Shown: positions 12,872 through 27,070, counted from the first letter of the stretch. The stretch: 64,000 bases of DNA from Paraspadella gotoi (GCA_051294375.1 CM119263.1:13408414-13472413), one strand, 5' to 3'. Translations and numbers: made by a program. The notes: generated by a model from the sequence alone, not told the origin.

Positions 12872-15004
12872 CTCTTTTTTCTTTCTTTCTCTTTTTCTTA
12901 TTCCNNNNNNNNNNNNNNNNNNNNNNNNNTTTTTTTTCCTTCTTTCAGTCATTCTTTCTTATTGTTTCTCTCTTCTGCGGCTTCGCGCGTTTTCGGCGTC
13001 GCGCGCGTTTTTGGTTCTGTGTGGAGAAAAGGTGGAAACTGGGGCACTAAGGGTTTGTCCCTGTCTGGTGGTTGGAGTTTGTTCGATGGAGTAAGATGAT
13101 AATTTGGAGATTCTGCATGTTCACGTCATTGAAGAGTAAAAGGAAAAAAAAACACAAAATCTAACTTTTTAAGTTTGAATTCTCGGCCACATATTTCGTG
13201 CCTCGTCTTCGAAACTCTCGTGGTGAAAAGAGGACGTTGGCGAATTTTTTTTTTTTTTTTCGTGATCCGATTATCGGCGTCTTTTACCTCGTTAGCGCCG
13301 CTCACGAGAACGTCGAAGACGAAGAGGCGACGACGCCGCGTTGCGTGACGCCGTTTCGATCGGAAGCGGAGAGAGCCGATTGCGGCGTCATCCGGCGGAA
13401 GATCGGCGCCGGTCGGGAATGAGGGGCGTCGTTATGGGAAGAGGAGGCTCCCGGGAGCGGGGAGCGTGAGCGGGGGGATGTCGGGAAGACAGAAAAGGGT
13501 ACGGTCTGGGAATCGTGAAGGGTTGTAGTACATAGATTTGCCCTGAAGAGTGGAGCATTTTTTGTGGGTTTTGGGCTTCGCTTCGTTAGGTGGATATATC
13601 GAGAATTCTTGTTGAGAAAAGTAGAGGATCAGAAAGCACTGGTTTAATAAAAGAGCGAGACGCTCTTCTACGTGGATATTAGGGCAAGGATGACGGGGGA
13701 AAGCGGGTCGTTCGCGAGTGCCGTCGAGTTCGGCAGAGCGATAATCGGATATGAGTTAATGATCGAAGCGGTACAGAGAGGATGGAAAGTCGGGCAGGGT
13801 GGGACAGAGGGTGTGAGGAATGTAGCAGATGAGGAAGTCTTGGGAGAATTGATCGAGAAACAGGTTAAAAAAAAAAACAAACTATAACGTTTTAAATAAC
13901 TTTCCAAAACAGATTGCGAATGATAATAAAATAAGTAGATATAAGCTGGTTTCGAAATCCGTCAGCGGAAGGGTTTGGAAATGGAAATAGTAGCTCGAAC
14001 CGTTGGGGAGGAGGGGAGAGAGAATTTTGGATACGGAAGAGTTGGCGGCAAATGACCTGAAGCTAAAGGTAGAGAGAGAAACCGAGGGAGAATTTCCCAG
14101 AATTTCGGTTATAAAAACGTTTGGCGGCGTTTTGAACCGCGGTCGAGTCCGCCGGGACCGGAGGAGGTAATTCCGTTCGAAAGTGGAATGTTTCAATGTG
14201 TCCGGGAGGAACCAGTTGTAAATTTAAAGCCCGCTCTTTTTTCGGCAGGATTAATTTTTGTTTTTTTTTGTTGTAACATGTTAGCACATTTGATAGCTTC
14301 ATCGTCTGGTTTTTTTGCAAAATTATGATGAGTTAATCAGTGAACAAGTTGTTATCCAGTTAACAAGTTAAGGATGAGATTACAAGTTGATAACAAGTTG
14401 TTAATCAGTTAATAAGTTCATTACTATTTTACAAGGGCTTCGAAGGTTTTTTCTCTGGTAAGTATGAAAGTAAAAAAAATTATCTGCAACATAGTAATGT
14501 CCCCGGAAGTTCTTAGTATTCAAAAAACGTGAAAAAGAAAGAAAACCTTCACCGCACAAACCCACCACTTCATCACGGTCATAAATCCCTCGTGGAGGTC
14601 CAGAGAAACCCAGATTCAAAAATTAACCCTAATTTATTCAAGATTCCCACGAAAAATGGGGGAAAACAAACTCATTAGGCGTGGTCTCCCGTCAGAGTGT
14701 CAAGTGTATTTCCGATTCAGAAAAGGCAAAAAAAAAAAAAAGGAGAGGGGACGAAAGAAGCGCGAGTCCGTAATTTGAATGAAAAGCGAGTAAATTACTC
14801 GGAACAATTGTTGATTTACTCATGAGAGGCCGATTATGATAACGATATCTGGCGAGCACCACCCTTGTTTGGGTTGAGAGTAGACCGACATGAATATTTC
14901 ATGTCCCGCGCCGCCGCATAACGAGTCACATCGAAAAAACCCGCGAGTCGGAGAGAGGGAGGGAGAGAAAGAGAGAGAGGAGAGAGAGAGAGGGGAGAGA
15001 GAGA

Positions 15005-15071
<67 letters not shown>

Positions 15072-17470
15072 AGGAAAAAAGGTGAGTGGTGGAGGAAAGG
15101 TTGAATGGTGAGGAAAATTCCTGCGCGTGGGGCAACTCGACAAAGCGGAACCTAAGTGTATTATGTCAATGAGTTAGCCTTATCGTAATTAAACTTCTCT
15201 TAATGGAGTCGTCCGAAAACGGTCGGCGAGTTCGAGCGTCTTAACGTAATCCTCCTCTCTCTTTATAAGTCTTTCTTTTTTTTCTTTATAAGCAATCGGA
15301 CTTTCTTTTTTATTTTATCTGTCCCTCTCCTCAGTATTTAATTTTTTATTTCTCTTTCTCGTGTGCTTTACCTTTTCCATCCGTCTATCTATTCTAATTT
15401 GCTTTTCGTTCTTTGCTTTCTTTTTTTCCTCTTCGTTCTTCGCTGTAAAAAAGTATGAAACGGAGTTTTTTTTATATGAACAGTCGGGATTTACGAGAGT
15501 CGTGATTCGCCTTGACAACGCTCGTCCGCCAACCCAGTCTTTCGCTAGCCGCCTTAAGCTAACGCCCTTGAAAACAAGCGCAGCGCTTTAACAAACGCGT
15601 CGCTTGGAGGGCCGAGTTGAAGCGGGTAAAAAATGAATTTTTATCTGGAACTAAAATTGAAGCACACAAAAAAGAAACACGGTATAGTAAAGAATAAAGA
15701 AATAAGCACGAGTGGACTGCCCAAGCAAAAAAAGAATGATGACATCAACAAATAAGGAACATTCATGCATAACTTTGATCTGCCTTTGGCAAAAAGTGAC
15801 GAAAACGTTTTAAGTCGACCAACCGACCTCTTTCGCCCTCTCGTGCCACCGAGAATTTGCATAAAAAACTCGCCCTCGCATCTAAGGCCATCTATCATCG
15901 ATCCATCATAAACGCAATGAACGACATTTCTTCGACGTCTTCGAGGTTGAGCGCGCGAATAGGAAGACGCAGCGAGGAGCAGCGACATCAAAGAGGGAGA
16001 GAGCAGAGAGAGTAGACCGGAAAAAGCAAAAAAAAAAAGGAGAAAGAGAGACGAGAGAGAGAGAGAGAGGGAGAGAGAGAGAGGAGAGAGATGAAGAGAG
16101 AGAGACGAGGAGAAGAGAGAGAAAGAGAGAGAGGAGAGAAGAGAGAAGAGAGAGAGAGAGGGAGTCCACGGGAACGAGAGAAATGTTACAAATAACGCCA
16201 CCGGAGATACGCGTAAAACAGCTGCCCGGTAGAGTCTTCAGACGCAAGACAGATCATGCAAATATTTCTGCTCAGAGAAAGAACTAAAGAGAGGTTGATA
16301 AAAAACAAGCAGAAATAAAATGAATGATGCGTCGGCAGGAGGATGAGGGGAGGTAAGGGTGGAAGGTGAGGTGAAAAAGGGGCGGGTGGCGAAGAACGGA
16401 AAAGACAGGAGAGAGGAGGAGGAGAAGAGGGAGAGAGGGAGAGAAGGGGGAGAGAGGAGAGGAGAAGATGAGAAAGATCATGCGAGGCTGAAGAAGAAGA
16501 AAAATGAGAGATTGGAATGATATTAAGGACGACTTAGGGAGGAAGTAAAAGGAACGGGGAAGGTAGGGGAAATTAAAAAAAGAGGAAGAAGAGCGTAAAT
16601 AGGAGATTTTATCGATCAAAAATGGCGTTCAGAGTAGAGAGAGAGAGAGTTTCGTTAGAGTTTTTGTCCCAAATAATCTATGACGGCGGTACGCCACTCG
16701 AGACGATTTCCCAGTAGGAGCAAGAAGTTAGCGCACGAGGAGAGAGCGAGAGAGAGAGTAGAGAGAGAAGAGAGAGGAGAGGAGATGCGGATTGCTTTAT
16801 GGGTGCAAAGGCTTTTGAGGGCAATGAAACTCATAATACTCAATAATCATGCCCGAAGGAAGAAAAGAACGGGGGGGGGTGAGAGCGGACTCGCACGAGT
16901 GGAGTAGTGGCAGGCGAAGCCAGAGGGCTCGAGAGTGAGAATTGAATCGAAGACAATCGAGAGTCGAGCATAATGGGGGAGAGATCCTCCCTTTTTTTTT
17001 TTACAATCTCCCGAGCGCGGCTGAGAAGAAAGGGAAAAGAAATGAAGGGAAGAGAGAGGATAGGAAAGAGAGAAAAGAATGAAGGAAAGAGGAATGAAGA
17101 AAAGGAAAGGCATGAGGAGACGATGAAAGGTAGAGGAAGGGGAAACGAAGGAAAAGTGAAAATCAACTGCCCGCCGTTTATAGGTTCTCTTCATCTCCAC
17201 CTCGAAAAGAAGTCTCTTTCGCTCTCTCTCTATCTCTCTACTCACTCTCATTCTTTTTCTTTCTCTCACTCTCCCTGGTCGGGTCAAACTCTTCCTCGCC
17301 CATCAAGCCTCTTTCATGCTTAAGCGCGATTGTCGTTGTCGCTTTCAAATAACTGAAGCGTGATTGGTCGGTTAACGCGCCCTAATCGATAACGCTAGGA
17401 TGACGTAATGACTGAATTAGTGGCCGAATTCTCTCCCCCATTTTTTTTCTCTTTCTCTTCTCTTTCTCGT
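9433..17470 (+). repeat. Block A, copy 2
   Basis: Colinear with 1-8022 at an offset of about 9430-9450. Confidence 0.95.
12905..12929. other. Assembly gap, 25 N
   Basis: Counted directly. Confidence 1.
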
Positions 17471-17495
17471 NNNNNNNNNNNNNNNNNNNNNNNNN
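17471..17495. other. Assembly gap, 25 N
   Basis: Counted directly. Confidence 1.
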
Positions 17496-17530
<35 letters not shown>

Positions 17531-17920
17531 AAAAGGGTAATTAATGCTTTTGATTGGCAAGATTGCCTCGAGGGTCTTCGCTCTTAAAAGAGAGCACCAC
17601 AGTAAAGACTGAACCGAGAATTGATCGAATTTGATTTGGCCAAAGAGAGACACAGAGTGGACAGACGTCAATCTCTGACTTTTTTGAGAGAAGATTGCTG
17701 AAATCCTAAATAAATCGAAGCAGACGAAGCCGCGCTGTACTGTACTTTTTCATCAAATAACGAAAAAAAAAATAATGAAAAAGAAAAGAATGATCTTCGT
17801 CGGACGAGGAGCCTCGTTGTCATGTAAATGCGAACTTAATCGAAGCCGCATCCTCTCTCTCTCTCTCTATCTTACTCTCTCTATCTCTCTCACTCTCTAT
17901 GGAGAAAGAGAACGAGAAAG

Positions 17921-19157
17921 AGAAGAAGAAAAAGAGAAAAAAAAAATGGGGGAGAAATTCGGCCACTAATCAGTCATTACGTCATCCTAGCGTTATCGAT
18001 TAGGCGCTTCAACCGACCAATCACGCTTCAGTAAAGCGACAACGACCAATCGCGCTTAAGCATGAAAGAGGCTTGATGGGGCGAGGAAGAGTTTGACCCG
18101 ACCAGGAGATGGAGAGAAAGAAAAAGAATGAGAGTGAGAGAGAGAGAGAGAGAGAGCGAAAGAGACTTCTTTTCGAGGATGAAGAGAACCTATAAACGGC
18201 GGGCAGTTGATTTTCACTTTTCCTTCTTTCCCCTTCCTCTACCTTTCATCGTCTCCTCATCCTTTCCTTTTCTTCATTCCTCTTTCCTTCATTCTCTCTT
18301 TTCTCTCTTCCTATCTTCTCTCCTCCCTTCATTCTTTTCCCTTTCTTCTCAGCCGCGCCTCGGGAGGATTGTAAAAAAAAGGGGAGGATTCTCTCCCCCA
18401 TTTCTGCTCGGGACTCTCGATGTCCTTTATTCTTCTCCTTCGCCCCTCTGACTCGCGTCCACTACTCCATCTCAGTCGCCTCCCCCCGTTCTTTTCTTCT
18501 TCGGGCAGATTATGTGAGGTATTATGAGTTTCATTGCCTCAAAAGGCCTTTGCACCCAGCAATTCACGCATACTCGCTCTCTCTCTCTACCCTCTATCTC
18601 TCTGCTCTCCTCGTCTAACTCTCTCTCGGAATCGTCTTGTAGCCGTCATAGATATTTAAAACTCTACGACTCTCTCTCTCTCTACTCTGAACGCCATTTT
18701 TGATCGTAAAAATCTTCCTATTTACCGTCTTCTTCCTCTTTTTTTAATTTCCCCTACCTTCCCCGTTCCTTTTACTTCCTCCCTGAAGTCGCTCCTTAAT
18801 ATCATCAATCTCTCATTTTTTCTCTTCAGCCTTCGCATGATTTTTCATCTTCTCTCCCTCTCTCCCCCTTCTCCCCCCTCTCTCCCGGTCTCTCCCCTCC
18901 CTCTCCTTCTCTGTCTTTATTCCCCGTTCTTCGCCCCACCCCGCCCCTTTTTCCCCACCTTCCACCCTTACCTCCCCTCATCCTCCGCCGACGCATCATT
19001 CATTTATTTCTGCTTGTTTTTTATCAACTTCTTTTAGTTCTTCTCTGAGCAAGAAATATTTGATGATGTGTTTGCGTCTGAAGACGGGCAGCTGTTTTAG
19101 CGACTCGGTGGCGTTATTGAAATTCTCTCGCTTCCCGTGGACTCCCTCTCTCTCTCT

Positions 19158-19221
<64 letters not shown>

Positions 19222-20098
19222 TTTCTTTTCGTCTCTTCTCTGTTTCTCTTTGATTCGGTCACGTTCGTGCGTCTCCTGAATTCGCGCGCGCAACCTCGAA
19301 GACGTCGAAGAAATGTTCGTTCTATTGCGTTTATGATGGAATCGATGAAGATGGCCTGTGGCAGTGCGAGTTTTTATGCAAATTCTCGGTGCAAGAGGGA
19401 AAGGAGGTCGGTTGGTCGACTTAAAAGTTTCTCGTCACTTTTTGCCAAAGGCGAGATCAAAGTTCAATGCATGAATGTTCCTTATTTGTTGATTTCATTC
19501 ATTTTTTTGCTTCGGCAGTCCATCGTCTTATTTCTTATTCATTTCTCATACCTTTTCTTTTTTTTCATTTTCGTTCCAGAAATAAATTCATTTTTTTACC
19601 GCTTCAACTCGGCCTCAAGCGACGCGTTGTTAAAGCGCTGCGCTTGTTTCAAGGGCGTTAGCTAAGCGGCGTAGCAAAGGACTGGTGGCGGACGGCGTTG
19701 CAAGGCGAATCAGACTCGTAAATCCCGACTGTCATATAAAAAAAACTCGTTCATACTTTTTTATTCAGCGAAGAACGAAGAGGAAAAAAAGAAAGCACAG
19801 AACGAAAGTCAAATTAGAATAGATAGCGAGAGGAAAGACAAAAAGAGAAAAAAATTAAATATGAGAGAAAGATAAAATAAAAGAAAGCGATGCTAAAAGA
19901 AAAAAAAGAAAAGACTTATAAAGAAGAGAGGATACGTTAAGAGCTCGATCGCCGGACCGTTTCGGACGATCCGTATTATAAGAAGTTTATAGATAAGCTA
20001 AAATATTACATAATCACTAGTGTTCCGCTTTGTCGAGTTGCCCCACGCGCAGGAATTTTCCTCACCATTTCAACCTTCCTCACTACCTTTTTCCTCCT

Positions 20099-20160
<62 letters not shown>
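17921..20160 (-). repeat. Inverted, indel-rich copy of about 5580-8022 (equivalent to about 15020-17470)
   Basis: 17921-17975 is the reverse complement of the block A end (GGCCACTAATCAGTCATTACGTCATCC). Homology continues to GTTCCGCTTTGTCGAGTTGCCCCACGCGCAGG near 20022-20053. Confidence 0.9.
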
Positions 20161-20163
<3 letters not shown>

Positions 20164-20297
20164 TCTCCCTTCTATCTCTCTCTCTCTCTTTTTTTCCTTC
20201 CCTTTTTCTTACTTTGAAGTCTCATATCTTCTTTTGGCTTTCCTCTCTTCTTCCCAAGCTCCCTTCCTTATTTCTCTCACCCCGTTCCGCACTGGCT

Positions 20298-23200
20298 CCC
20301 ACCCTCCTCCCCCTCACCTCATCAACTTCCCTTCCCTCCCTCACTTTCGCATCATCTTTCACTTGTTCGTTGCCCGACTCCCGTGAGTTGGAGGTTTGTC
20401 TGAAGTCGACCAAGCTATGGACAAGCGCCAACCCCCGCAGTTTACATACCAATTCAGACTTTACAAAACCCCGCGCTTGCGCAGGACGACGACAGGAGGA
20501 CGACAAGATGAAGACGACGACGGGGACGTCGATGACGAGGAAGAAGACGACGAAGATGAAAACGAGGCTCTCGACGAAGACGACCGACGACAACGGAAAG
20601 CCGACGTACGACGACACAGTTGATGCTTGACAAAGGAAGAAGATTTCAAAGACGACGTACGAAGACGTTGACAGACGATGAGATGAAGTTCACGAAATCG
20701 GCAACGACGAAGACGACAACGTTGAAGACCGACGACGAGGACGACGACGACGAGACCAGACCTTTTTTTTTTCTCCGATGAAAAGAAGAAGAAAAAAATT
20801 GAGAAGAAAAGTTTCTCTCTGCTTCGCTCGCATGCGTTTTGTCGAGGAGATTTTTTTTACTCGGCGATTATTTTCGTTACAAATTTGAATATTAATTACT
20901 TTCTGTGTTTTTTTTTTGTTTTTTTTTAAAATATTAACTGCTTGATATTGATATGTGGAGAAGAGAATATATCTCGAAGAAGGTAAGTTGCGTTGCAACC
21001 GTCGTCTGGGGAGCGAGAGATTAATTCATTACCCCAAACGGAAATTTACTACGCGACTTATTTTTCACTATAGTTACTAAAACGAAAGTTTCTTAACAAG
21101 AATTAACTTATTTGATAACAATTATTTATCGTATCGTATCAATTTTATCTTTTTTTAATTGTTGTGTTTTTTATTTTTTTACTTTCGTCTTTTTTAACCT
21201 TTTGATATTACGCAGGTCCTTTTTTGTGCTCGTGTTTCTTGTTCTCCCTTTTCTTTTTGTCCTTTCCTCTCTTTTGCTTTTCGCCCATTTCTTCTCATCT
21301 TTCCCTTTTTTTGTCTTGCTCTTCGTTCTGGAGAGCAAAGATCATCCACAGTGGAGGCGAAGTGCACACGGATTCCTTGATCTTTGCAATTGAAAGAACT
21401 CTGAAGAAGAAAGACAAAAAAAAAAAAAAAAAGAAAAAAAAAGAAAGAGAAGAAAGAGAAAAAAGTAATTACAAAGAAGAAAAAAAAAGATATAAAAAAG
21501 AAAAACGGGTTACTTAATAGAAAGAAGTAAAAAATACCCAAAACACTAAAAGAAATAATACTCATTTGATAAATGTTATGTATACCGTTAATATGTAATT
21601 ACACTTTTTAATCTCCAAATTTTACTTTAATGGCGTTAAAAAAGTGTATAAATAAAAAACCCCAGTACAATTAGCAATATTAAGTGCAAATGATTTTTCA
21701 CCCATCCCTCTCCTTCTCCATTCATTCCCTCTGCGCTACCTTCCTACTTGGCTACAGATATATTTTTTCCCATTTATATCGCGGAAGAATTATGACTAAG
21801 CCCTCATCTTTGTCTGTCATTATTTTATGAGTCCGACCTCCTGACTTTCCCTTCTCTCTCCCGCTCCTCGTCTCTCTCTCCCTTTTCCTCATTATTATTT
21901 CACGATCGCCCCCGTAAACGAAACCGAGGGCGAGGAGGGGGTTTTAGGGAGAATGACAGATATGACTCTCCCTCCCTCTGGCCTGGCCCCGTCGCCCCTC
22001 TTCTATTTGTGTGATTGGTTGAACGGGCTGTGAAACGGGACAGACTGTTACTTAGGACGTGTTTTGATAAAATATGTCTATTGCGTTATGATTGAATTGT
22101 GAAAGCACATCCCGGTGATGGTGACGAAAAGCTTGCTTCGTACCAAAGAAGAGACTATGACGGAACAAGCTGGCGAATCCGAGTTTCGGTCCGCCAAAGC
22201 ATCGACTTATGTGCGTAGTGAAAGGGAAGAACGGGCATTTTGATCGAGTTCGAAGGCGAAGGCGAAGATTTAACGATCCGAGAGAGCGATGAGAGATTCT
22301 GCATAAGCGCGAGGGTTGGGTTGAGGCGAAGGACGGTGTGAGAACCAGAAAGGGTGCGGTGGCCTTCGTGGGATTCTGGATAAGGACGCAGGTTCGATGG
22401 AGGGAATGGGCGAATACTCGGGAGGGGCCGGAGGTGGGAGTAATTTTTAGAAGATACTTCACTCGGTCCCGCTCTCCGCCCCAAGTCCGCTTTCAGCCCC
22501 GCGCCCCGCGCCCCGCGCCCCGCGCCCCGCGCCCCGCGCCCGCGCAGGCACTCCGATTTTTCTTACGGATTTTCCTCTACATGACGACGCGGATGACGAC
22601 GACGCCGTCTATTACGACGATGGTGGACGACGACGACGGAAGTTTTTCTGTCCCGAGTTCGAGTCCCTTGTTTTTCGACGTTCCGCCCGAAAAAATTTCA
22701 TATTACATGATAAAGAGCGAGAATCGAGGGATGGCGGAGTCGGATTGAGAATCAAAGCCAAGTGACGCTACGCGACTCGCTTACGCTTTGATCTTTCCGC
22801 GTGTATTTCTTCTTTTTTTTTGAGGAAGAGAGTTAAAAATGATAAAAATGATAGTTTAAAAAAAGGTACGGATGTGTTGACGGTTTAAATTTGTTAATGC
22901 CTTAAATGATGCGAATGTTAAAGATTCGGAAACTGAACTGTATCGTTAACCACTTGCAAACGTTTTATGCCAGAGCCTTCACTTACCCCAGCTTTTTTCC
23001 GTTGCTTACTTTGCGTCAAGAATACTCGACTCCCACTATGGCCTTGATTCCTTACCCTATCTTCGTGCGCCCACCCAACCCAATTCGGCAGGGGTATCGT
23101 CCTCTGAAATTGAGAAATCGATTCTCCCGATTTTCGCCTGCGTCACCGCTAGAGGGCGGAGAGGGCGATGCGGAGAGGGGCGGGAGTGGGTTGGCGAGGA

Positions 23201-24731
23201 AGAAAAAAAATAGAAAGCGATTTGTGCAACAGATAAGTCTGGTAAGGAGAAAATTTGGAAGAGTTTTATGAGACGATGCAGTTAAGGTTATGATTTTTTA
23301 GTGATTACAGTTTTCGTTTATCAGGTTTTGTTTATTCTGGTCTTTCAGGGGGTAATTTTATCGATAACATTTATAACAGAAAATTCAAAAACATTTTTTT
23401 CTAAATGCAAAATCGGCCAATAAAAAATTTTCTTTTGAACCACGGAGTAAAAAAACAATAGGTCAGGCAATGTAAATCACGTCATTGAGTTCAATCCGTT
23501 CAGGGATATACAAAGGTAACCGAACTTGAAAACATAAGAAAGATTTAAAACAAGTTTGAGCAAACAATGGCCGATCTGTTACGTCATTAGCGTAAGCAGC
23601 TAATCAGATAATTGATTAATTAATTTATTTATTTATTTATTTCATGCTAGCTTTGAATTTAATTTAATTTAAAAAAAAGCGATAATCAAATAGTAAAATG
23701 ATTTTTTTTGTTTTTTTCATCTTTAACTCATTTCACGTTGGACGATTCCATCGAAACTTGATTTCCTGCTCATTCACCACACTGCACCGGACACGCTCAC
23801 TTAAGTGATATTTCTGTTCAGTTCAAAACCGATTTCTTCATAGTCTGCATTTCCAGATTCTATAAATATCGTATTCGTCTTTCTCTCCTCTCCACGGAAC
23901 GGACGTCGCCAAAATAGACATCAATTCCTTCGGCCAAGATTGTAAGGAACCTCGGGGAGGTAGGGGGGGGGCGGAGAGGCATAAGTCATTTCGTGAAATT
24001 AATCCCTATTTGACGCCGAGGTTCCAACGTTAATTGGTAGGTGGCGTTGCCGGAGCGGCGAACCGTTGAAAGCGGATTTTGCCGAATCCGCCTTCGTTTA
24101 ACAGAGCGCGATTTAGTAACGCCCGAAATTATCGCGCGTATCGATATTAGAATGGGGAAGCTCCGCATCCGCGGCGTTTGGACATTTTGCCGGTGGGGAC
24201 GTCTTTAATTAGGCACTTTTAAGGAAATATAGAATGATCTGGGGATTCCGAAATTCGGGAATTCGAGGATATTGGATCTTGATTCCAAATTCGTAATTGT
24301 CTCGGATATTTTATGGACGGTTGCAGTTTTTGGGTTCGAATTTTTATTTTCATCCTATCTTATCAATTTCCAATTATAAAATTTAATTTAAAAAAGAGAC
24401 TAGAACCATCTGAACCGCTTATGGCTGATTACACACTGAGTGATAACGAGATGCTAAATTACATTAAACGTCCGAGTCCTTGTTAAAATTACGATTGGTA
24501 CTTAATTTTTTCGAATCTTCCCGCGAAAATAAGTGTTAAATCCGTCAGCAATTTCTTCCCTCTCGTCACAATCGGACGATTCGGAAGCCGTGTCATTGTT
24601 GTCATCGATGAAACAATTGACGCGGTGGACGCTATTGACGCGCGTATGCCGCAGAACGCGTCACTGATGTCTTTACTTTGATTTCTGTCTTCAACAGTGA
24701 ATATTCATTTGGTTGTGCGGGGTTCCGACCC
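20298..24731 (+). repeat. Block B, copy 1 (about 4.4 kb)
   Basis: Colinear with 27071-31400, differing mostly by 1-bp indels. Truncated at a 25-N gap. Confidence 0.95.
22496..22543. repeat. (GCCCCGC)6 heptamer repeat, G-quadruplex-capable on the minus strand; copy at 29215-29262
   Basis: Six perfect units plus a partial unit, with the same count in both block B copies. Confidence 0.9.
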
Positions 24732-24756
24732 NNNNNNNNNNNNNNNNNNNNNNNNN
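24732..24756. other. Assembly gap, 25 N
   Basis: Counted directly. Confidence 1.
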
Positions 24757-24911
24757 AAAAAAAAGAAAGACTTATAAAGAGAGAGAGGAGTTAAGGCGAG
24801 CGACGTTTCGGTCGTATTAAGAAGTTTAAGATAACTAAATATTCAAATACTAGGTTCCGCTTTGTCGAGTTGCCCACGCGCAGGATTTTCTCCTACGATT
24901 CAACCTTCCTC

Positions 24912-24936
24912 NNNNNNNNNNNNNNNNNNNNNNNNN
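24912..24936. other. Assembly gap, 25 N
   Basis: Counted directly. Confidence 1.
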
Positions 24937-25074
24937 AGCCAGTGCGGAACGTCGGGTGAGAGAAGAGAAGGAAGGGCAGCTTGGAAGGAAGAGAGGAAGC
25001 CAAAAGAAGCATATGAGACTATAAAGTAGAGAAAAAGGGAAGGAAAAAGAGAGAGAAGAGATAGAAGAGGAGAG

Positions 25075-25106
<32 letters not shown>

Positions 25107-26557
25107 TAGACGGAGAGAGAGAGAGAGAGAGAGAGGTATGTGAGTGGGGAGAGTAAGGGGTTAATCGTAGAAAAACTGCGCGTGGCAACTCGACTCAAAG
25201 CGGAACCTAGTAATTTGAAGTATTTTTATTACTTAAACTTCGTTAATACGGCCCGAAGACGGTCGCCGTCGCTAACTCCTCCTCTTCTATAATGTCTTTT
25301 CTTTTTTCTTCCTCTCTCTGCGCTGTATTTATTTTTTTCTCTCTTTTCTCTGTCTTTTCCTTTTTCTCTTTGCTACTTCTAATTTGACTTTCGATTCTGT
25401 GCTTTTTTTTTCCTCTTTCGTTCTTCGCTGATAAAAAGCTATGACGAGGTTTTTTTTTTATGACGTCGGGATTACGATTCTGATCGCTTGCACCGCCGTC
25501 CCACGCAGCTTCTAGCTATCGCCGCTTAGTCATATCTGCTCCTTAACAACGCAGCGGCTTAACAACGCGTCGGTTGGAGGCCTGATTGTGAAGCTGGTAA
25601 AAAATGAATTTAATCTCTGGAACGAAAATGAGTTAAGAGTAATGTAATTGAAGTGATGATGAAAAAATAAGTGATGATGATTATAAGGATGACGCCTAAG
25701 CAAAAATATGAATAATATAACAATAATAAGAACTATCATCATTAACTGTTGACTCGCCTTTCGGCAAAAAAGTGACGAGAAACTTGGTTGAAGCGTGTTA
25801 TGTCCAAAGACGTCTCTCTGTGTTTCCGTTCTCTGGCATCTATGAATTTGTCATAGTAAATAATCTCGCATGCCCGGCTCTAATCTTCATCGATTCCTCA
25901 TAAACAATAAACGAACCATTTCGTTCGCCGTTCGAGTTGCGTGAGGCGCGCGCAATTGCTCGCTGGCCATCGGAGGACCGGCCGAAAGTCAAGAAAGAAA
26001 AAAAGAGAGAAGGGTATATATAGGGGACGAGATGAGAGAGACGAGAGAGAAGCAGTGGTGAGGAGAGAGAGTATGAGTATGTGAGGTCGGAGAGTAGAGG
26101 GAGTCCACGGGCAAAGCGAGAGAATTCAATAACGCCACCGAGTCGCTAAAACAGCTGCCCGTCTTCAGACTGCAAACACATCTATCAAATATTTCTTGCT
26201 CAGAAGAAGAACTAAAAAAGAAGTTGTAAAAAACAAGCAGATAAAAATGATGATGCGTCGGCGGAGGTGAGGGGGAAGGTAAGGTGGAGGTGGGGAGAAA
26301 AGTGGGCGGGGTGGGTGGTCCGAGAACGGGGGAATAAAGACAAGACAGAAGGCAGAGGGGAGGGGGAGATGACCGGAGAGAGGGGGGGGCGAGAGGGGAG
26401 AGAGAGGGAGAGAGGAAAAATCTCGAAGGCTGAAGAGAAAAATGATTGATATTAAGGAGGCGACTTCAGGGAGGAAGTAAAAAGGACGGGGAAGGTAGGG
26501 GGAAATAAAAAAAAGAAGAAGACGGAAAGGAAGATTTTTAACGATCAAAATGGCGTC

Positions 26558-26606
<49 letters not shown>

Positions 26607-27070
26607 CAGAGAGATAGAGTGAGAGAGAGAGCGATGTTATGGTGAAATTGGCGGGGGCCCAAAAGGGCCTTTGGAGGCATGAAACTCATAATACCCCACA
26701 TCATTGCCCGAAGAGAAAAGAACGGGGGGAGGCGACTGAGATGGAGTAGTGGACGCGAGTCAGAGGCGCGAAGGAAATGAAATAGGACATCGAGAAGTCC
26801 GAGCAAATGGGGGAGAGGAATCCTCCCTTTTTTTTTACAATCTGCCCGAGGCGCGGCTGAGAAGAAATGGGAAAAGAATGAAGGAGGAGAGAAGATAGGA
26901 AGAGAGAAAAGAGAGAATGAAGGAAAGAGAATGAAAGAAAGGAAAGGATAGGAGACCGCGACTGAAAGGTAGGAGAAGGGAAAGAAGGAAAAGTTTGAAA
27001 ATCACTGCCGCTTCGTTTATAGGCTTGCTTTCATCCTCGAAAAGAGTCTCTCTTTTCGCTTCTCTCTCTC
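24937..27070 (+). repeat. Very noisy copy: reverse complement of about 20170-20297 joined through (AG)n to a forward copy of about 5580-7790
   Basis: AGCCAGTGCGGAACG is the reverse complement of 20283-20297. Downstream landmarks such as GAGTCCACGGG, AACAGCTGCCCG and GCGCGGCTGAGAAGAA match block A. 24757-24911 is another short inverted fragment of the same unit. Confidence 0.85.
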
